Positions 1 to 11,092 of a stretch of DNA of 57,750 nucleotides are shown here, piece after piece. How positions within the stretch are numbered: the first letter of the stretch is position 1; every line of letters starts with the position of its first letter. The stretch comes from Clostridia bacterium. GTDB lineage: Bacteria > Bacillota > DUMD01. The stretch covers positions 1 through 57,750 of the forward strand of contig DUMD01000024.1 in assembly GCA_012840065.1 (NCBI GenBank), written 5' to 3'. The notes under the pieces are model-generated. The model was not told the origin of the DNA and made no database searches. It saw nothing but the letters and a program-made list of their open reading frames with translations. A program made the position numbers and the translations under genes.

Positions 1-602
1 ACTCCGCCTGTTGAAGTAAAATCCTGAGTAACCATTGTAGAAAGTTTTCTCTCTAATACCTGTTCAACTTCTCTAATAACCTCCGGAGAAGTTCTATCCA
101 TAAGTGCAATTCTCTTGGCCACATCAATCTGTCTTTCCGGCGGCAAACCAGACATAACAATTGCAGCCTGTTCAGGACTGAGATAAGCAAGTATAAGGGC
201 TATAGTTTGAGGGTGTTCCCCCTGAATAAAATTAAGTAATTGGGCAGGATCAGTTTTTCGTACAAAGTCAAAGGGCCTAACCTGCAAATTAACAGTAAGT
301 CGATTAATTATTTCTGCCGCTTTTTGCGGACCCAAGGCTTTTTCTAAAACCTCTCTAGCATACTGGATGCCGCCCTGGGACAAATATTGCTGGGCAGTAC
401 ATAGCTGCTGAAACTCTTCAAACACCTTGTCCCTTATATCGTCAGGGAAACGTCTCATATTGGCAATTTCTAAAGTCAACTGTTCAATTTCATCATCCCG
501 CATATGTTTCAATATTTTAGAAGACATTTCCGGCCCCAAAGATATAAGCAGAACCGCAGCTTTTTGTAATCCTGTTAATTCTCTCCTGTTTTGACGCGAC
601 AT
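1..602 (-). CDS. fliG: Flagellar motor switch protein FliG (5' part only; C-terminus lies beyond the window start)
   Basis: My own minus-strand translation from ATG at 602 gives MSRQNRRELTGLQKAAVLLISLGPEMSSKILKHMRDDEIEQLTLEIANMR..., a typical FliG N-terminus. An RBS-like GGGGTGA lies upstream and the gene follows fliF directly. It is missing from the ORF track because it runs off the edge. Confidence 0.85.
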   Translation of the reverse strand, partial: MSRQNRRELTGLQKAAVLLISLGPEMSSKILKHMRDDEIEQLTLEIANMRRFPDDIRDKVFEEFQQLCTAQQYLSQGGIQYAREVLEKALGPQKAAEIINRLTVNLQVRPFDFVRKTDPAQLLNFIQGEHPQTIALILAYLSPEQAAIVMSGLPPERQIDVAKRIALMDRTSPEVIREVEQVLERKLSTMVTQDFTSTGG

Positions 603-615
603 TTCATTTTCACCC

Positions 616-2160
616 CTATTCCTCTGCCAACCAAGTCCTTATAACTTGAGCTGCGTTTTCCGGTTTCTGCTTGATTAGTTTTTCTATTTCTTCCCTTAAC
701 TGTTTCTTTTCCATCTCTTCTGCACTTAGTACTGGTTCAGATTCTATTGCACTTACTGCAACCTCTTCCCCAATGACATAATCAAGGGTGCTTTCTTTCT
801 TTTTCCTTCTATTTATTATTAACCAGGTTAACAGTCCAGCCCCACCTATGCCAGCAATGAGCAATTTTAACAATAATGGGAAACTACTTTCAGGCTGTTG
901 TAAATCTTCTCTTAGCATATCTGCTAGGGTTTGATCAAAATCCAATCCCGTTACAGATATGAAGTCCCCTCTATTCTCATCAAGTCCAATAGAAGCCGCT
1001 ACCGTATTTTCCAAAGCAGCTTGTTTTTGGGGATCTAATTCTCCATTTACTACTACTGCTACACTAAGTCTTTTTACGCTCCCCTGAGAAACAACTAATT
1101 TCTCCTTAATTTCATTTATTTCATAATTAACAACCCGTCTATGTGTTTCCTGATTCGTTTGACCAGTATTATCTGGACTTGTATATGTGGGTATATTAGA
1201 TTCCGTGCCTGGCACACCACCAGCTGGCGACTCAGTACCAGTAAAAGACTCCCTTAATTCTTCTATGTTTCTAATTATTCCTGACTCGTCAACAACAGGT
1301 TCAAACAATCTCTTTTCCGTTTCCAGTTGATTAAAATCTAAAACCGCATTTACTCTAACCTGCACATTACCCGGCCCCAATACCTGCTCCAAGAGGGTTT
1401 GTACACTGTGTTCCAAATCTTTTTGAAATCCTTTTTGAATTTCTAATTGTGCCATAGTAATATTATTGTTATTAGTACCCTGGGTATCACCCGAAGCTGA
1501 AATTATATTTCCATTTGTATCTAATACAGTCACATTTTCAACAGTAAGATTTTCTACACTATTAGCAACCAAATGAACAACGCCGTCCACCGCATTGGAA
1601 TCAAGCTTAAAACCAGGCTCAAGCTCTACTACCACTGCTGCTTTTGCAGGAGTCTCTTCAGAAACAAAAACTGATGATTTTGCTTCTGTTATATGAACCC
1701 GAGCATTTTTTACCCCTTTTAAATGGCTTATCGTCCTAGATAATTCCCCTTCTAATGCCTTATGATAAAGCATTTTAAGCTGAGTATCTGTAGTGCCAAA
1801 TGGTAGATCCTGCAAAGATTCAAAACCAATCACCCCTTCACTTGGCAATCCATCCGCTGCCAAGCTATTTCTAAGTTCATATACTTTTTCAAGGGGCTGG
1901 GCAACAGCAATGGTACTTCCATTGTCACTGAGTTTATAAGGAATTTTACTTTCTTTAAGTTTTTGGGTTATAGCTGATGCATCTTGAGGTTCAAGATTGC
2001 TAAATAAAATATTATATTCTTCTTTCCCCATCATAGAACTAAAAATAGTTATGATTATAAGCACAATAAGAGCTGAAGAAGCCAAAATAATTTTTTGTTT
2101 TTTAGAAAACTTATCTAATATTTCTTTAGATTGTTGCTTTAACTTCTGCACAAATTCCAT
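616..2160 (-). CDS. fliF: Flagellar MS-ring protein FliF
   Basis: 514 aa with an N-terminal TM segment, a YscJ/FliF-like periplasmic region and a C-terminal TM followed by a charged tail. Lies in flgB-flgC-fliE-fliF-fliG order. Confidence 0.93.
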   Translation of the reverse strand: MEFVQKLKQQSKEILDKFSKKQKIILASSALIVLIIITIFSSMMGKEEYNILFSNLEPQDASAITQKLKESKIPYKLSDNGSTIAVAQPLEKVYELRNSLAADGLPSEGVIGFESLQDLPFGTTDTQLKMLYHKALEGELSRTISHLKGVKNARVHITEAKSSVFVSEETPAKAAVVVELEPGFKLDSNAVDGVVHLVANSVENLTVENVTVLDTNGNIISASGDTQGTNNNNITMAQLEIQKGFQKDLEHSVQTLLEQVLGPGNVQVRVNAVLDFNQLETEKRLFEPVVDESGIIRNIEELRESFTGTESPAGGVPGTESNIPTYTSPDNTGQTNQETHRRVVNYEINEIKEKLVVSQGSVKRLSVAVVVNGELDPQKQAALENTVAASIGLDENRGDFISVTGLDFDQTLADMLREDLQQPESSFPLLLKLLIAGIGGAGLLTWLIINRRKKKESTLDYVIGEEVAVSAIESEPVLSAEEMEKKQLREEIEKLIKQKPENAAQVIRTWLAEE

Positions 2161-2190
2161 CTTGCACTCACCTCAGCATATTTCTTGGTT

Positions 2191-2487
2191 TTATAATTGC
2201 ATCCGCATAATTTCGTGGTAAGCATCTACCAATTTATTCCGAATTTCTACAGTAAGCTGGAGTGCAAGACTAGCTTTTTCAGTTGCAATAGTTACCTGAT
2301 GAACATCTTCCACTTGACCAAGAGCTAACATTGAAGACAAACGTTCAGACTCTTTCTGGAGAGCATTTACATCATTTATGACTTGTGTGAAAATATTTTT
2401 AAAAGAAAAATTTTGCTCATTTTTTTTATTTTCCATTCCCTCAAAACTTGCTAGTCTTGGAATCTCAACTCTGCTTAAAATTTTCAT
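2191..2487 (-). CDS. fliE: Flagellar hook-basal body complex protein FliE
   Basis: 98 aa with the C-terminal motif ...VHQVTIATEKASLALQLTVEIRNKLVDAYHEIMRMQL typical of FliE; position between flgC and fliF. Confidence 0.9.
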   Translation of the reverse strand: MKILSRVEIPRLASFEGMENKKNEQNFSFKNIFTQVINDVNALQKESERLSSMLALGQVEDVHQVTIATEKASLALQLTVEIRNKLVDAYHEIMRMQL

Positions 2488-2508
2488 ACAACTATCCTCC
2501 TAGTTAAT

Positions 2509-2952
2509 CTATCTACTGATTTCTAAAGCTTTAAGAAACATAGCTTTTGCTGAATTAACAGCCGTAACATTAGCTTGATAAGCTCTTGTAGCTCCAATCA
2601 TATCTACCATTTCTTTAACCAAATCAACATTAGGATAGGCCACATAACCCTGTTCATTTGCATCTGGATGGTTAGGATCATAAATAAGTTTAGGTGGGCT
2701 TTGATCTTCTCTTATAGCTGCAACCCTAACTCCCCCAAATTTTGAACTAGTTTCCAAACTATTGTTAAGGTAAGATCTAAAACTTTTATCCTGTTCTATA
2801 GGAACAAAAACAGCCACCTGTCTTTTATAAGGGCCTCCTTGCTCGGTTCTTGTCGTTTGTGCATTGGCTATGTTATTTGAAATTATGTCCATTCTTAATC
2901 TTTGAGCGGTCAAACCGGAGGCACTAATTGCGAATGATGTAAATAAATTCAT
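2509..2952 (-). CDS. flgC: Flagellar basal-body rod protein FlgC
   Basis: N-terminal SASGLTAQRLRMDIISNNIANAQTT rod-protein motif and C-terminal YQANV...; 147 aa. Confidence 0.93.
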   Translation of the reverse strand: MNLFTSFAISASGLTAQRLRMDIISNNIANAQTTRTEQGGPYKRQVAVFVPIEQDKSFRSYLNNSLETSSKFGGVRVAAIREDQSPPKLIYDPNHPDANEQGYVAYPNVDLVKEMVDMIGATRAYQANVTAVNSAKAMFLKALEISR

Positions 2953-2954
2953 TT

Positions 2955-3350
2955 TTATCTCCCTCCACCATTAATTACTGTTTTCAATAACGCAAAATGC
3001 GCACCTACTTGTTGAGACAAGGCTTGATAATATAAAGTGTTTTGAGCAAGTTTTACCATTTCTTCATCCACATCAACGTTATTGCCGTCATTCCTCATAC
3101 TAGTTGTTTTTATTTCTCTGATAACATCTTCTTGTTTATTTTTAGCTAGTGGGTCTGTTGTTCCAATTCCATTAGAGTAATTAGCAAGGGCATCCTCTAA
3201 CAAGCCAGAAAAAGAAACTTCTTTCTTTTTATAACCGGGAGTTTCAGAATTAGCTATATTTTCGGAAATAATCCTATGACGCAAAGCGGAAAGATCTAAT
3301 CCTTTTTCCATTAATCTTATAGCTGGAATATTAAAGATATTTCTTATCAT
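2955..3350 (-). CDS. flgB: Flagellar basal-body rod protein FlgB
   Basis: LSALRHRIISENIANSETPGYKKKEVSF rod motif; first gene of the flagellar operon; RBS GAAAGGAAAGG upstream. Confidence 0.92.
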   Translation of the reverse strand: MIRNIFNIPAIRLMEKGLDLSALRHRIISENIANSETPGYKKKEVSFSGLLEDALANYSNGIGTTDPLAKNKQEDVIREIKTTSMRNDGNNVDVDEEMVKLAQNTLYYQALSQQVGAHFALLKTVINGGGR

Positions 3351-3445
3351 CTTACCTTACCTTTCCTTTCTTCTATAATTTTAAATATTTTTCAGCAAAA
3401 AACATTATTTTGAAGTAAACCACCGCATAAATTATCAATACATTT

Positions 3446-3592
3446 GCATAATAATACACAAATACCCTAGATAAAGCTAGGGTACGAACAAGTAGGACAA
3501 TCACAGCAACCGGCTGTCATAGACTTAAATAAGTCCTTAGACCCTTGGCTTTGCGTCCTGGGCTTTCGCCCAGTTTGCCTTTTTTGTACATC
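3446..3592 (-). promoter_or_regulatory. c-di-GMP-I (GEMM-I) riboswitch aptamer plus terminator-like expression platform in the flgB leader
   Basis: Minus strand reads GGCAAAC-UGGGC-GAAA-GCCCA-GGACGCAAAGCC-AAGGGUCUAAGGACUU-AUUU-AAGUCUAUGAC-AGCC. This shows the hallmark GGCAAAC, a GNRA-capped first hairpin, the ACGCAAAGCC junction and a second hairpin with CUAAG/UAUG tetraloop-receptor-like bulges. A hairpin ACCCUAG-CUUUAU-CUAGGGU (3464-3483) and a U-rich tract follow. Confidence 0.8.
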
Positions 3593-3597
3593 GTCTT

Positions 3598-3627
3598 AAC
3601 TTATTTTTTTGTAGATTCTTTCTTCAA
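3598..3627 (-). promoter_or_regulatory. Candidate sigma-A-type promoter driving the riboswitch/flgB transcript
   Basis: Minus strand TTGAAG (3627-3622), 18 nt, TAAGTT (3603-3598), just upstream of the aptamer. Match to consensus is only moderate. Confidence 0.3.
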
Positions 3628-3775
3628 CTTTTTAAATTTTTTAAGGTTTTATTTTTCTCCTATAACTTCGCTATGCTTCGCCAAATTCCTTCAAAAAATT
3701 TAACTAATTTTGGTTATTTAACATAAATTTGTTTATTAACATCCTATTTTTTGACAAATATTTTTTATGACATCA

Positions 3776-3806
3776 AATAAAAAAGTGGACTTTCTTGTCC
3801 ACTTTT
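3776..3806 (-). terminator. Intrinsic terminator after codY
   Basis: Perfect hairpin AGTGGAC-tttctt-GTCCACT (3784-3803) directly after the codY stop, followed on the minus strand by a U run. Confidence 0.8.
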
Positions 3807-4601
3807 TTATGAGTTTTTAATTTTGTTGTTTTTTTTCAATTCTTCTAAAAGACGTTCATTAAGTACTTTAATATAAGTACCCTTCATCCCCAAAGACTGG
3901 GATTCTATCACCCCAGCACTTTCAAATTTGCGGAGAGCATTAACAATAACCGAACGGGTAATCCCAACTCTATCGGCAATTTTGCTAGCAACAAGAAGGC
4001 CTTCATTTCCATCTAATTCTTCAAAAATATGAGTTACCGCCTCTAATTCGGAATAAGAAAGTGTACCAAGAGCTATCTGAACCGCTGCTTTTCTCCTCGC
4101 TTCTTCTTCAATCTTCTCCGCTTTAACTCTTAGAATTTCCATTCCAACAACCGTTGCTCCATATTCTGCTAAAATTAAATCTTCATCTGTAAATTCATCT
4201 TGAAACTTTGCTAAAATCAAAGTACCAAGCCGCTCGCCACCTCCCTTAATAGGGACAATGGTCATTAACTTGCCGTTAAATATACAATCCGTCTGCTCTT
4301 TAAATACGCAAAGCTGTTTATTTTGAGGAATGTTTGCCGATGTTTCTTCAAATTCTAAAATCCACTTATTATATTCTGGTGGAAACTTTTCCTTACGCAA
4401 AACCTCATCCTTCATAATTTCGCATTCAAAACCGTCTAAAAGTGCATAGCCCAAAATTTCTCCTGAATTATTAACAATATAGATGTTAGTTCCTATTAAC
4501 TCACTCAATACGGTAGACATTAATCCAAAATCAACTAAACTGCCGGCTGTTTTTAATAGCAGCTTATTAATTCTTCTTGTTCTTTCTAATAATGTCCTCA
4601 T
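3807..4601 (-). CDS. codY: GTP/BCAA-sensing pleiotropic repressor CodY
   Basis: GAF-like N-terminus and C-terminal w[47 protein letters not shown]; follows hslVU as in Bacillus. Confidence 0.95.
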   Translation of the reverse strand: MRTLLERTRRINKLLLKTAGSLVDFGLMSTVLSELIGTNIYIVNNSGEILGYALLDGFECEIMKDEVLRKEKFPPEYNKWILEFEETSANIPQNKQLCVFKEQTDCIFNGKLMTIVPIKGGGERLGTLILAKFQDEFTDEDLILAEYGATVVGMEILRVKAEKIEEEARRKAAVQIALGTLSYSELEAVTHIFEELDGNEGLLVASKIADRVGITRSVIVNALRKFESAGVIESQSLGMKGTYIKVLNERLLEELKKNNKIKNS

Positions 4602-4619
4602 ATCTTTCTCCTCCTGTCT

Positions 4620-6008
4620 TTACAAAATATACCTACTCAAATCCGCATTCTTTACTAATTCTCCTAATCTAGCTATTACATAATCCTTGTCAATCTCTAC
4701 ACTTTCAATAGATTGGTCAGGTATTATAAATAAAAGATCTTCTAGTAATTTTTCCATAACAGTATGCAACCGTCTAGCCCCAATGTTTTCTGTCTGTTCA
4801 TTTACTTCTTCAGCAATTCTTGCTATTTCTTCAATGGCCTCTTCCGTAAAAGAAAGTTTGACTCCTTCTGTAGCAAATAAAGCAATATATTGTTTAATTA
4901 AAGCATTTCTCGGTTCAACCAGTATTCTCTTAAAATCCTCCTTAGTTAAACTTTTTAGCTCAACCCTAATAGGAAATCTGCCTTGTAATTCAGGAATCAA
5001 ATCTGAAGGTTTTGAAATGTGAAAAGCACCAGCAGCAATAAAGAGAATATGATCGGTTTTAACAACTCCATACTTGGTTACAACCGAACTCCCTTCAACA
5101 ATAGGAAGTATGTCCCGTTGCACACCTTCCCTTGATACATCCGGACCACCGTAGCCGCTTTTACCTGCCACCTTATCAATCTCATCAATAAAAATAATTC
5201 CTGTTTCCTCAGCCATATTTATTGCTTCAGCAATAACAGCATCCATATCTATTAATTTTTGAGCTTCATCCTGAGTCAAAATTTTTCTGGCTTCAGCAAC
5301 GGTAACTTTTTTTCTTTTCTTTTTCTTAGGAACTAAGCCATTAAACATATCTTGAAAATTAGCTCCTAATTCATCTAAACCGGTGCTAGCAAACAATTCA
5401 ATCATAGGCGCAGATTGATCTTCCACTTCTATTTCAATTAATTTATCCTCATATTCCAAAGCACGCAATTTTCTAAGAATCTCTTCCCTTTCTTTAATCT
5501 GGTCCTCTGCTTTTTCTTCTTCCAAGTTATCCGAATTAACCTGACCAAATAAAAATCCTAAAGGATTGTTAACAGTATTGATGCTCCTTTTTCTCCCTGG
5601 CAAAAGATAATTTACAATCCTTTCTTCAGCTAATTTTTTGGCTTTTTCTTCAACCACAGCTAACTTTTTTTCTTTAACCATCCTAATTGCTGTTTCCACC
5701 AATTCCCTAACCATCGATTCTACATCTCTTCCAACATAACCAACCTCTGTAAATTTTGTAGCCTCTACTTTTATGAAAGGTGCACCTACCAATTTCGCTA
5801 AACGGCGGGCTATTTCTGTTTTTCCAACTCCAGTAGGACCGATCATAAGAATGTTTTTAGGAATAACCTCATCTCTAAGCTCAGGGGCAAGTTGTTTTCG
5901 CCTATACCTATTTCTAAGAGCAACAGCAACTGAGCGTTTTGCTTCTTTTTGACCAATTATATATTTATCCAACTCCTGAACGATTTGACTAGGTGTCAGA
6001 TTTTCCAA
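4620..6008 (-). CDS. hslU: ATP-dependent protease ATPase subunit HslU (ClpY)
   Basis: [34 protein letters not shown] and Walker [16 protein letters not shown]; 462 aa. Confidence 0.96.
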   Translation of the reverse strand: MENLTPSQIVQELDKYIIGQKEAKRSVAVALRNRYRRKQLAPELRDEVIPKNILMIGPTGVGKTEIARRLAKLVGAPFIKVEATKFTEVGYVGRDVESMVRELVETAIRMVKEKKLAVVEEKAKKLAEERIVNYLLPGRKRSINTVNNPLGFLFGQVNSDNLEEEKAEDQIKEREEILRKLRALEYEDKLIEIEVEDQSAPMIELFASTGLDELGANFQDMFNGLVPKKKKRKKVTVAEARKILTQDEAQKLIDMDAVIAEAINMAEETGIIFIDEIDKVAGKSGYGGPDVSREGVQRDILPIVEGSSVVTKYGVVKTDHILFIAAGAFHISKPSDLIPELQGRFPIRVELKSLTKEDFKRILVEPRNALIKQYIALFATEGVKLSFTEEAIEEIARIAEEVNEQTENIGARRLHTVMEKLLEDLLFIIPDQSIESVEIDKDYVIARLGELVKNADLSRYIL

Positions 6009-6026
6009 CTTTATTCCCCCTTCATT

Positions 6027-6569
6027 TTAATCAAGCTCTTCTAATGTTATGTTATGGTTAGTATAAACGCATATATCTGCAGCAATATGCAAAGACTTTT
6101 CAGCTATTTCTGCGGCAGATAGGTTAGTATTATCCAGTAAAGCTTTAGCCGCTGCCAAAGCATAGTTACCCCCAGAACCAATAGCAATAACCTGACCATC
6201 CGGCTCAATAACCTCGCCACTACCGGAAATAACCAAAATATTATTTAAATCTGCAACTAGTAATAAAGCCTCCAATCTTCTTAAAACTTTATCCAGACGC
6301 CATTCTTTCGCTAATTCAACAGCAGCCCTGGACAGATTTCCTCTATATTCTTCAAGTTTTCCTTCAAATTTTTCGAACAGGGTAAAAGCATCCGCTACTG
6401 AACCGGCAAACCCTGCCAAAACTTTGTTGTTGTACAAACGTCTAACTTTCTTAGCATTACTTTTCATTATTGTGTTTCCCGCAAAGGTTACCTGGCCATC
6501 ACCAGCCATTGCAACCTTTCCATTTTTTTTTACTGCAATAATGGTAGTTGCTTCAAACAAAGTCATCAC
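6027..6569 (-). CDS. hslV: ATP-dependent protease subunit HslV (ClpQ)
   Basis: N-terminal [21 protein letters not shown] (Thr nucleophile after Met processing); 180 aa; upstream of hslU. Confidence 0.95.
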   Translation of the reverse strand: MMTLFEATTIIAVKKNGKVAMAGDGQVTFAGNTIMKSNAKKVRRLYNNKVLAGFAGSVADAFTLFEKFEGKLEEYRGNLSRAAVELAKEWRLDKVLRRLEALLLVADLNNILVISGSGEVIEPDGQVIAIGSGGNYALAAAKALLDNTNLSAAEIAEKSLHIAADICVYTNHNITLEELD

Positions 6570-6587
6570 TTCCTTTTTTAATGTAAA

Positions 6588-7517
6588 CTAAGCTCTAGGA
6601 TGGGTTTGATCATAAACAAATTTCATTTTTTCCTTAGTTACGTGAGTATAAATCTGAGTAGTAGATATATTAACGTGTCCAAGCAACTCCTGAACTGTTC
6701 TTAAATCTGCTCCGGCATTCAGTAAATGAGTAGCAAATGAATGACGAATTGAATGCGGTGTAATCTTTCTCTCCAAAGATACCTGCTTAATATATTTATC
6801 CACAATCCTTCTTATACTCCGAATCGAAAGTCTAGTCCCATTTTTATTAAGAAAAATTGCTTTAGTATTATCTTTTATTAACTGGGGTCTTGCATAATTT
6901 AAATATTTTTCTAAAGCATTAAGCGCCTGCCTTCCAATAGGAACAATTCTTTCCCTCGATCCCTTGCCTAAAACTTTCACATATCCAACCGTAAAATCTA
7001 GATCTCCCAGATCCAAACCTGCCAATTCGCCTATTCTCAATCCTGCAGCATAAAATAATTCCAATATTGCCCGATCCCGGCAACCTAAAATAGTAGTTTG
7101 ATCGGGAGCTTCAACCAACATCTTAGCTTCTTCAAGGTACAAAAATTCAGGTAATTTTTTTTGTTGCTTAGGAGTTGCTATATGGGCCGCAGGATTATCC
7201 TGCAGATATCCTTCCCGGCACATATAACGAAAAAAAGAACGAACCGCCGCAAGCTTCCGGGCAATTGAAGAACGACTATAGCCTTCCGATTGCAGAAAGG
7301 CTAAAAACCCCCTTACATCTAAGTGCTTAACGACGGACAATCCTGATAAATCGGTAATCTCTTTTTGTTTTTGTTTTTTTATAAAATCACTGAACTGTGC
7401 AAGATCTACTTTATAAGCTGTCAAAGTATGATCTGATACATTTTTTTCTAGTTTAAGATAAGCATAAAATTCGGTTAGTAAGTTATTCATCCATACCATC
7501 AACCCATATATCTTCAT
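6588..7517 (-). CDS. xerC: Tyrosine recombinase XerC/CodV
   Basis: Phage-integrase fold with ...HSIRHSFATHLL...LLGHVNISTTQIYTHV catalytic region. The true start may be the internal MNNLLTEFYAYL (7490); no clear RBS at any candidate. Confidence 0.88.
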   Translation of the reverse strand: MKIYGLMVWMNNLLTEFYAYLKLEKNVSDHTLTAYKVDLAQFSDFIKKQKQKEITDLSGLSVVKHLDVRGFLAFLQSEGYSRSSIARKLAAVRSFFRYMCREGYLQDNPAAHIATPKQQKKLPEFLYLEEAKMLVEAPDQTTILGCRDRAILELFYAAGLRIGELAGLDLGDLDFTVGYVKVLGKGSRERIVPIGRQALNALEKYLNYARPQLIKDNTKAIFLNKNGTRLSIRSIRRIVDKYIKQVSLERKITPHSIRHSFATHLLNAGADLRTVQELLGHVNISTTQIYTHVTKEKMKFVYDQTHPRA

Positions 7518-7548
7518 ATTATTTTCATACTAACACAACCTAAATGTT

Positions 7549-8883
7549 TTATGCAAGTAAAAAATCTAAATTTTCTTTAAATTCCACCAGGCTATTAATT
7601 GCCCTTTCCCCTAATTTAAGTCGTTTTTCTTTTTTGCTCCCCCTACCTTTTTTCAATTTTTCCTCTAACTCTGGTAAAAGACCAAAATTAATATTCATAG
7701 GTTGAAAGTTTTGGGGATCAGCTGATGTAATGTAATTAGACAAAGCCCCCAAACAAGTTGTTTTAGGGAAAATAAAAGGCTCTAAACCACGGATTAAACA
7801 AACTGCATTTATACCTGCCACCAAACCAGATGCAGTTGATTCAACATAACCCTCAACTCCAGTTATTTGTCCTGCAAAAAAGATATTCTTATTGCTCTTT
7901 AACTGATAAGTAGGTTCTAATAAAACAGGAGAATTAATATAGGTATTCCTATGCATCACGCCATGCCTAACAAATTCGGCCCGTTCTAAACCGGGAATCA
8001 TGCGAAAAATTTTATCCTGGTCCCCCCATTTTAACTGGGTTTGAAAACCAACTAAATTATAGAGGGTTCCTTCCCGGTTATCTTGGCGAAGCTGGACCAC
8101 AGCATAAGGTTGCTTATTTGTTTTTGGATCGATAAGCCCTACAGGCTTAAGAGGACCAAATAAAAGAGTATTCCTTCCTCTTTCAGCCATCTCTTCAATC
8201 GGCATACACCCTTCAAAAACAATTTTTTTTTCAAATTCCTTGGGCTGATATTTTTCAGCCTTGATCAAAGCCTCATAAAAATGATTAAATTCTTCCTCAG
8301 TCATAGGACAGTTAAGATAATCATCTGTTCCCTTCCCATATCTAGATGCTCTAAACACTTTATCCAGATTTATAGAATCATAAGTAACAATAGGAGCAGC
8401 AGCATCATAAAAATATAAATATTCCTCACCGGTAAAATTTTTAATGGATTGGGCCATACGGTCAGATGTTAGCGGTCCGGTTGCCAAAATAACCACACCA
8501 GAACTAGGAATTTCAGTCACTTCTTTATTAATTAGGGTAATATTAGGATGGTTACAAATTAAATCGGTAACCATCCGGGAAAATTCCTCCCGATCAACGG
8601 CAAGCGCACCCCCAGCGGGGATTCTGCATCTATCAGCACAATACATGATCAGAGAATTCATCAAACGCATTTCTTCCTTCAAAACACCAACTGCATTTTC
8701 CATGCTATCTGACCTTAGTGAATTACTACATACTAATTCTGCCAGTAAACCAGTATGATGGGCAGGAGTACTAACTTGGGGTCTCATTTCATATAATTCT
8801 ACTTTTATTCCTCGTTGAGCTGCTTGCCAGGCAGCTTCAGATCCAGCTAATCCTCCTCCAATAATCGTTAACTGTGCATCCAT
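7549..8883 (-). CDS. trmFO: Methylenetetrahydrofolate-tRNA-(U54) methyltransferase TrmFO (Gid)
   Basis: FAD motif [21 protein letters not shown] start it at the internal ATG (8883) because the longer ORF overlaps the topA 3' end; synteny topA-trmFO-xerC. Confidence 0.92.
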   Translation of the reverse strand: MDAQLTIIGGGLAGSEAAWQAAQRGIKVELYEMRPQVSTPAHHTGLLAELVCSNSLRSDSMENAVGVLKEEMRLMNSLIMYCADRCRIPAGGALAVDREEFSRMVTDLICNHPNITLINKEVTEIPSSGVVILATGPLTSDRMAQSIKNFTGEEYLYFYDAAAPIVTYDSINLDKVFRASRYGKGTDDYLNCPMTEEEFNHFYEALIKAEKYQPKEFEKKIVFEGCMPIEEMAERGRNTLLFGPLKPVGLIDPKTNKQPYAVVQLRQDNREGTLYNLVGFQTQLKWGDQDKIFRMIPGLERAEFVRHGVMHRNTYINSPVLLEPTYQLKSNKNIFFAGQITGVEGYVESTASGLVAGINAVCLIRGLEPFIFPKTTCLGALSNYITSADPQNFQPMNINFGLLPELEEKLKKGRGSKKEKRLKLGERAINSLVEFKENLDFLLA

Positions 8884-8942
8884 TTTCTGACCTCCATAAA
8901 ACCAATTAGCTATTTTTATAGTTCTAGAAAAATAACCTAACT

Positions 8943-11030
8943 TTAATCCACTGTCTTTTGCTCTCCACAATCAGGATTATTACAAATTATTTTAAAGTCT
9001 CCTCCCCGACTTCTTTTTTCAACCAAAAGATGTCCACAATTCGGGCATAATTGTTGCACAGGCTTATCCCAGCTCACGAAATCACAATCCGGATACCTCA
9101 TACAGCCATAAAATTTCTTTCCTTTCTTACTCTTCCTTTCCACAATTTCACTGCTACATTTAGGACACAATACCCCTATTCCCTGGATAATAGGTTTGGT
9201 ATATCTACATTCCGGAAATCCAGGACAAGCCAAAAATTTACCGTATCTACCATGTTTTACAACCAAATTTCGTCCGCATTTTTCACATAACTCATCTGTT
9301 ACTTCATCAGGAATCACAACCTCTTTAATTTTTTCTTCTGCCAATTTTAAGCTCTCAGCAAATGGTTTATAAAAATCTGCCAGAACTTTAACCCAATCAT
9401 CATTTCCCTCTTCTACCCTATCTAAATTTCCTTCCATTTCCGCAGTAAATTCTTCATCTATAATTTTAGGAAAGTATTTAGATAACATATCTACAACCAT
9501 AAAACCTAACTCAGTAGGCTTAAATCTTCTATCTTCTTTTACCACATATCCCCGCTGTTGAATAGTTTCAATAATTGGTACATAGGTACTAGGCCTACCT
9601 ATTCCTTTTTCTTCCAAAACCTTTATTAGCATTGCCTCACTATAACGGGGTGGTGGCTGGGTAAAATGCTGTTTTGGGTCTAATTCTTTTAATTCAAGTT
9701 CTTGGTTCTGTTCTAATTTAGGCAAACTTTTATTTTCATCCTCTTCCTTCTTCTCATCCAAAGTTTCTTCATAAACAACCGTAAAACCAGGGAATTTTAA
9801 ATTAGATCCAGAGGCTTTAAATAAATAATCCCCTGCTTTTACTTCCACAGTTAAAACATTTAAAACTGCTGAACTCATCTGACTGGCAATAAACCGCTCC
9901 CAGATCAATTTATAAAGCTTATATTGATCCTTTGTCAGATACTCTTTAATTAAATCCGGTTCTCTCTCCACTCCCGTAGGTCTAATTGCCTCATGGGCAT
10001 CCTGGGCACCTTTCTTTTCTTTGTATTTTCTGGGCTGTTTAGGGAGATATTCCTTCCCATATTTAGTTAGAATATAATTTTTAGCCTCTTCCTGAACACT
10101 CTCGGCTATTCTAGTAGAATCCGTTCTAATATAAGTTATAAGACCAATTGTTCCTTCCTTGCCCACCGATAGACCTTCATATAATTCCTGGGCTAGTTTC
10201 ATTGTTTTTTTAGGGGTAAAATTTAATTTACGAGATGCTTCCTGCTGCAAACTACTCGTAGTAAATGGAGGAGAAGGATTTCTCAATCTTTCTTTTTCCT
10301 CTATTGAATAAACAAAAAACTTTTTGCCTTTTAAATCTTCAATAACAGCTCGTATTTCCTGTTCACTTTTTAATTCTATTTTTTGAGAACCTTTTTTAAC
10401 CAGTTTAGCCCAAAATAAATCATTCTTTTTACTACCTTGTAAAAAAGCCCGAAGAGACCAATACTCCTCAATTTTAAAATTCTGAATCTCCTTCTCCCGA
10501 TCGCAAATTAATTTCACTGCTACCGATTGGACTCTTCCAGCACTCAACCCTTTTTTAATCTTCCGCCAGAGTAAGGGACTAAGTTTGTACCCCACTATTC
10601 TATCTAAAATTCTTCTGGCTTGCTGAGCATTAACTTTAGCAAGGTTAATTGGGCGGGGATTTTTTAAAGCCCTTTGAATCGCACCCTTTGTAATTTCATT
10701 AAACTCAATTCTGCAAGAACTACTAGGATCAATACCGAGACTTTTGGCTAAATGCCAAGATATTGCTTCCCCCTCCCGATCCGGGTCAGAAGCTAAAAAA
10801 ACTTTATCTGCTGCTTTGGCAGCATCTTTTAGCTCTTTTAAAATTTGTCCTTTTCCTCTAATAGTAATATATTTAGGTTCAAAGTTATGCTCCAGATCTA
10901 CCCCAAATTGACTTTTAGGCAAATCTCTTATATGTCCCATAGAGGCTTTTACCGTGTACTTTTTGCCGGCAAATTTACTAATGGTTCTAGCCTTAGCTGG
11001 TGATTCGACAATAATTAAAGATTTTCCCAC
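8943..11030 (-). CDS. topA: DNA topoisomerase I
   Basis: Toprim [11 protein letters not shown], catalytic region and C-terminal Cys4 zinc ribbons. GTG start at 11030 is preceded by GGAGGTG; the longer ORF extension lacks an RBS. Confidence 0.95.
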   Translation of the reverse strand: MGKSLIIVESPAKARTISKFAGKKYTVKASMGHIRDLPKSQFGVDLEHNFEPKYITIRGKGQILKELKDAAKAADKVFLASDPDREGEAISWHLAKSLGIDPSSSCRIEFNEITKGAIQRALKNPRPINLAKVNAQQARRILDRIVGYKLSPLLWRKIKKGLSAGRVQSVAVKLICDREKEIQNFKIEEYWSLRAFLQGSKKNDLFWAKLVKKGSQKIELKSEQEIRAVIEDLKGKKFFVYSIEEKERLRNPSPPFTTSSLQQEASRKLNFTPKKTMKLAQELYEGLSVGKEGTIGLITYIRTDSTRIAESVQEEAKNYILTKYGKEYLPKQPRKYKEKKGAQDAHEAIRPTGVEREPDLIKEYLTKDQYKLYKLIWERFIASQMSSAVLNVLTVEVKAGDYLFKASGSNLKFPGFTVVYEETLDEKKEEDENKSLPKLEQNQELELKELDPKQHFTQPPPRYSEAMLIKVLEEKGIGRPSTYVPIIETIQQRGYVVKEDRRFKPTELGFMVVDMLSKYFPKIIDEEFTAEMEGNLDRVEEGNDDWVKVLADFYKPFAESLKLAEEKIKEVVIPDEVTDELCEKCGRNLVVKHGRYGKFLACPGFPECRYTKPIIQGIGVLCPKCSSEIVERKSKKGKKFYGCMRYPDCDFVSWDKPVQQLCPNCGHLLVEKRSRGGDFKIICNNPDCGEQKTVD

Positions 11031-11092
11031 ATTAACACCTCCAGGTCTTCTGCCTTCAGCAAATCTTACTTTCAATTTTTAGTTTATTTAGC

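Noticed and set aside
3560-3590. On the plus strand, CTGGGC-tttc-GCCCAG followed by TTTGCCTTTTTT looks like the terminator of a plus-strand sRNA antisense to the flgB leader.
   Set aside because: The same hairpin with a GAAA loop on the minus strand is the first hairpin of a GEMM-I aptamer, flanked by GGCAAAC and GGACGCAAAGCC. No convincing plus-strand promoter was found upstream, so the riboswitch reading explains it better.
3640-3690. Possible sigma-D (sigma-28) promoter upstream of flgB: TAAA-N16-GGCGAAGC on the minus strand.
   Set aside because: Poor match to the GCCGATAA -10 element and off-consensus spacing, so it is not supportable from sequence alone.
6588-7517. xerC considered as a marker of an integrated mobile element.
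   Set aside because: It sits in the conserved topA-trmFO-xerC-hslVU-codY arrangement (the codV position) and is the housekeeping chromosome-dimer resolvase, not an island integrase.
8884-8970. N-terminal extension of the trmFO ORF overlapping the topA 3' end by 28 nt. Similar long N-terminal extensions occur on topA, the hydantoinase-like gene, typA, ffh, ylxM, lepB copy 1, the anti-sigma factor and the radical SAM ORF.
   Set aside because: In each case an internal start with a good Shine-Dalgarno sequence gives the canonical family N-terminus. The extensions are artefacts of longest-ORF calling.
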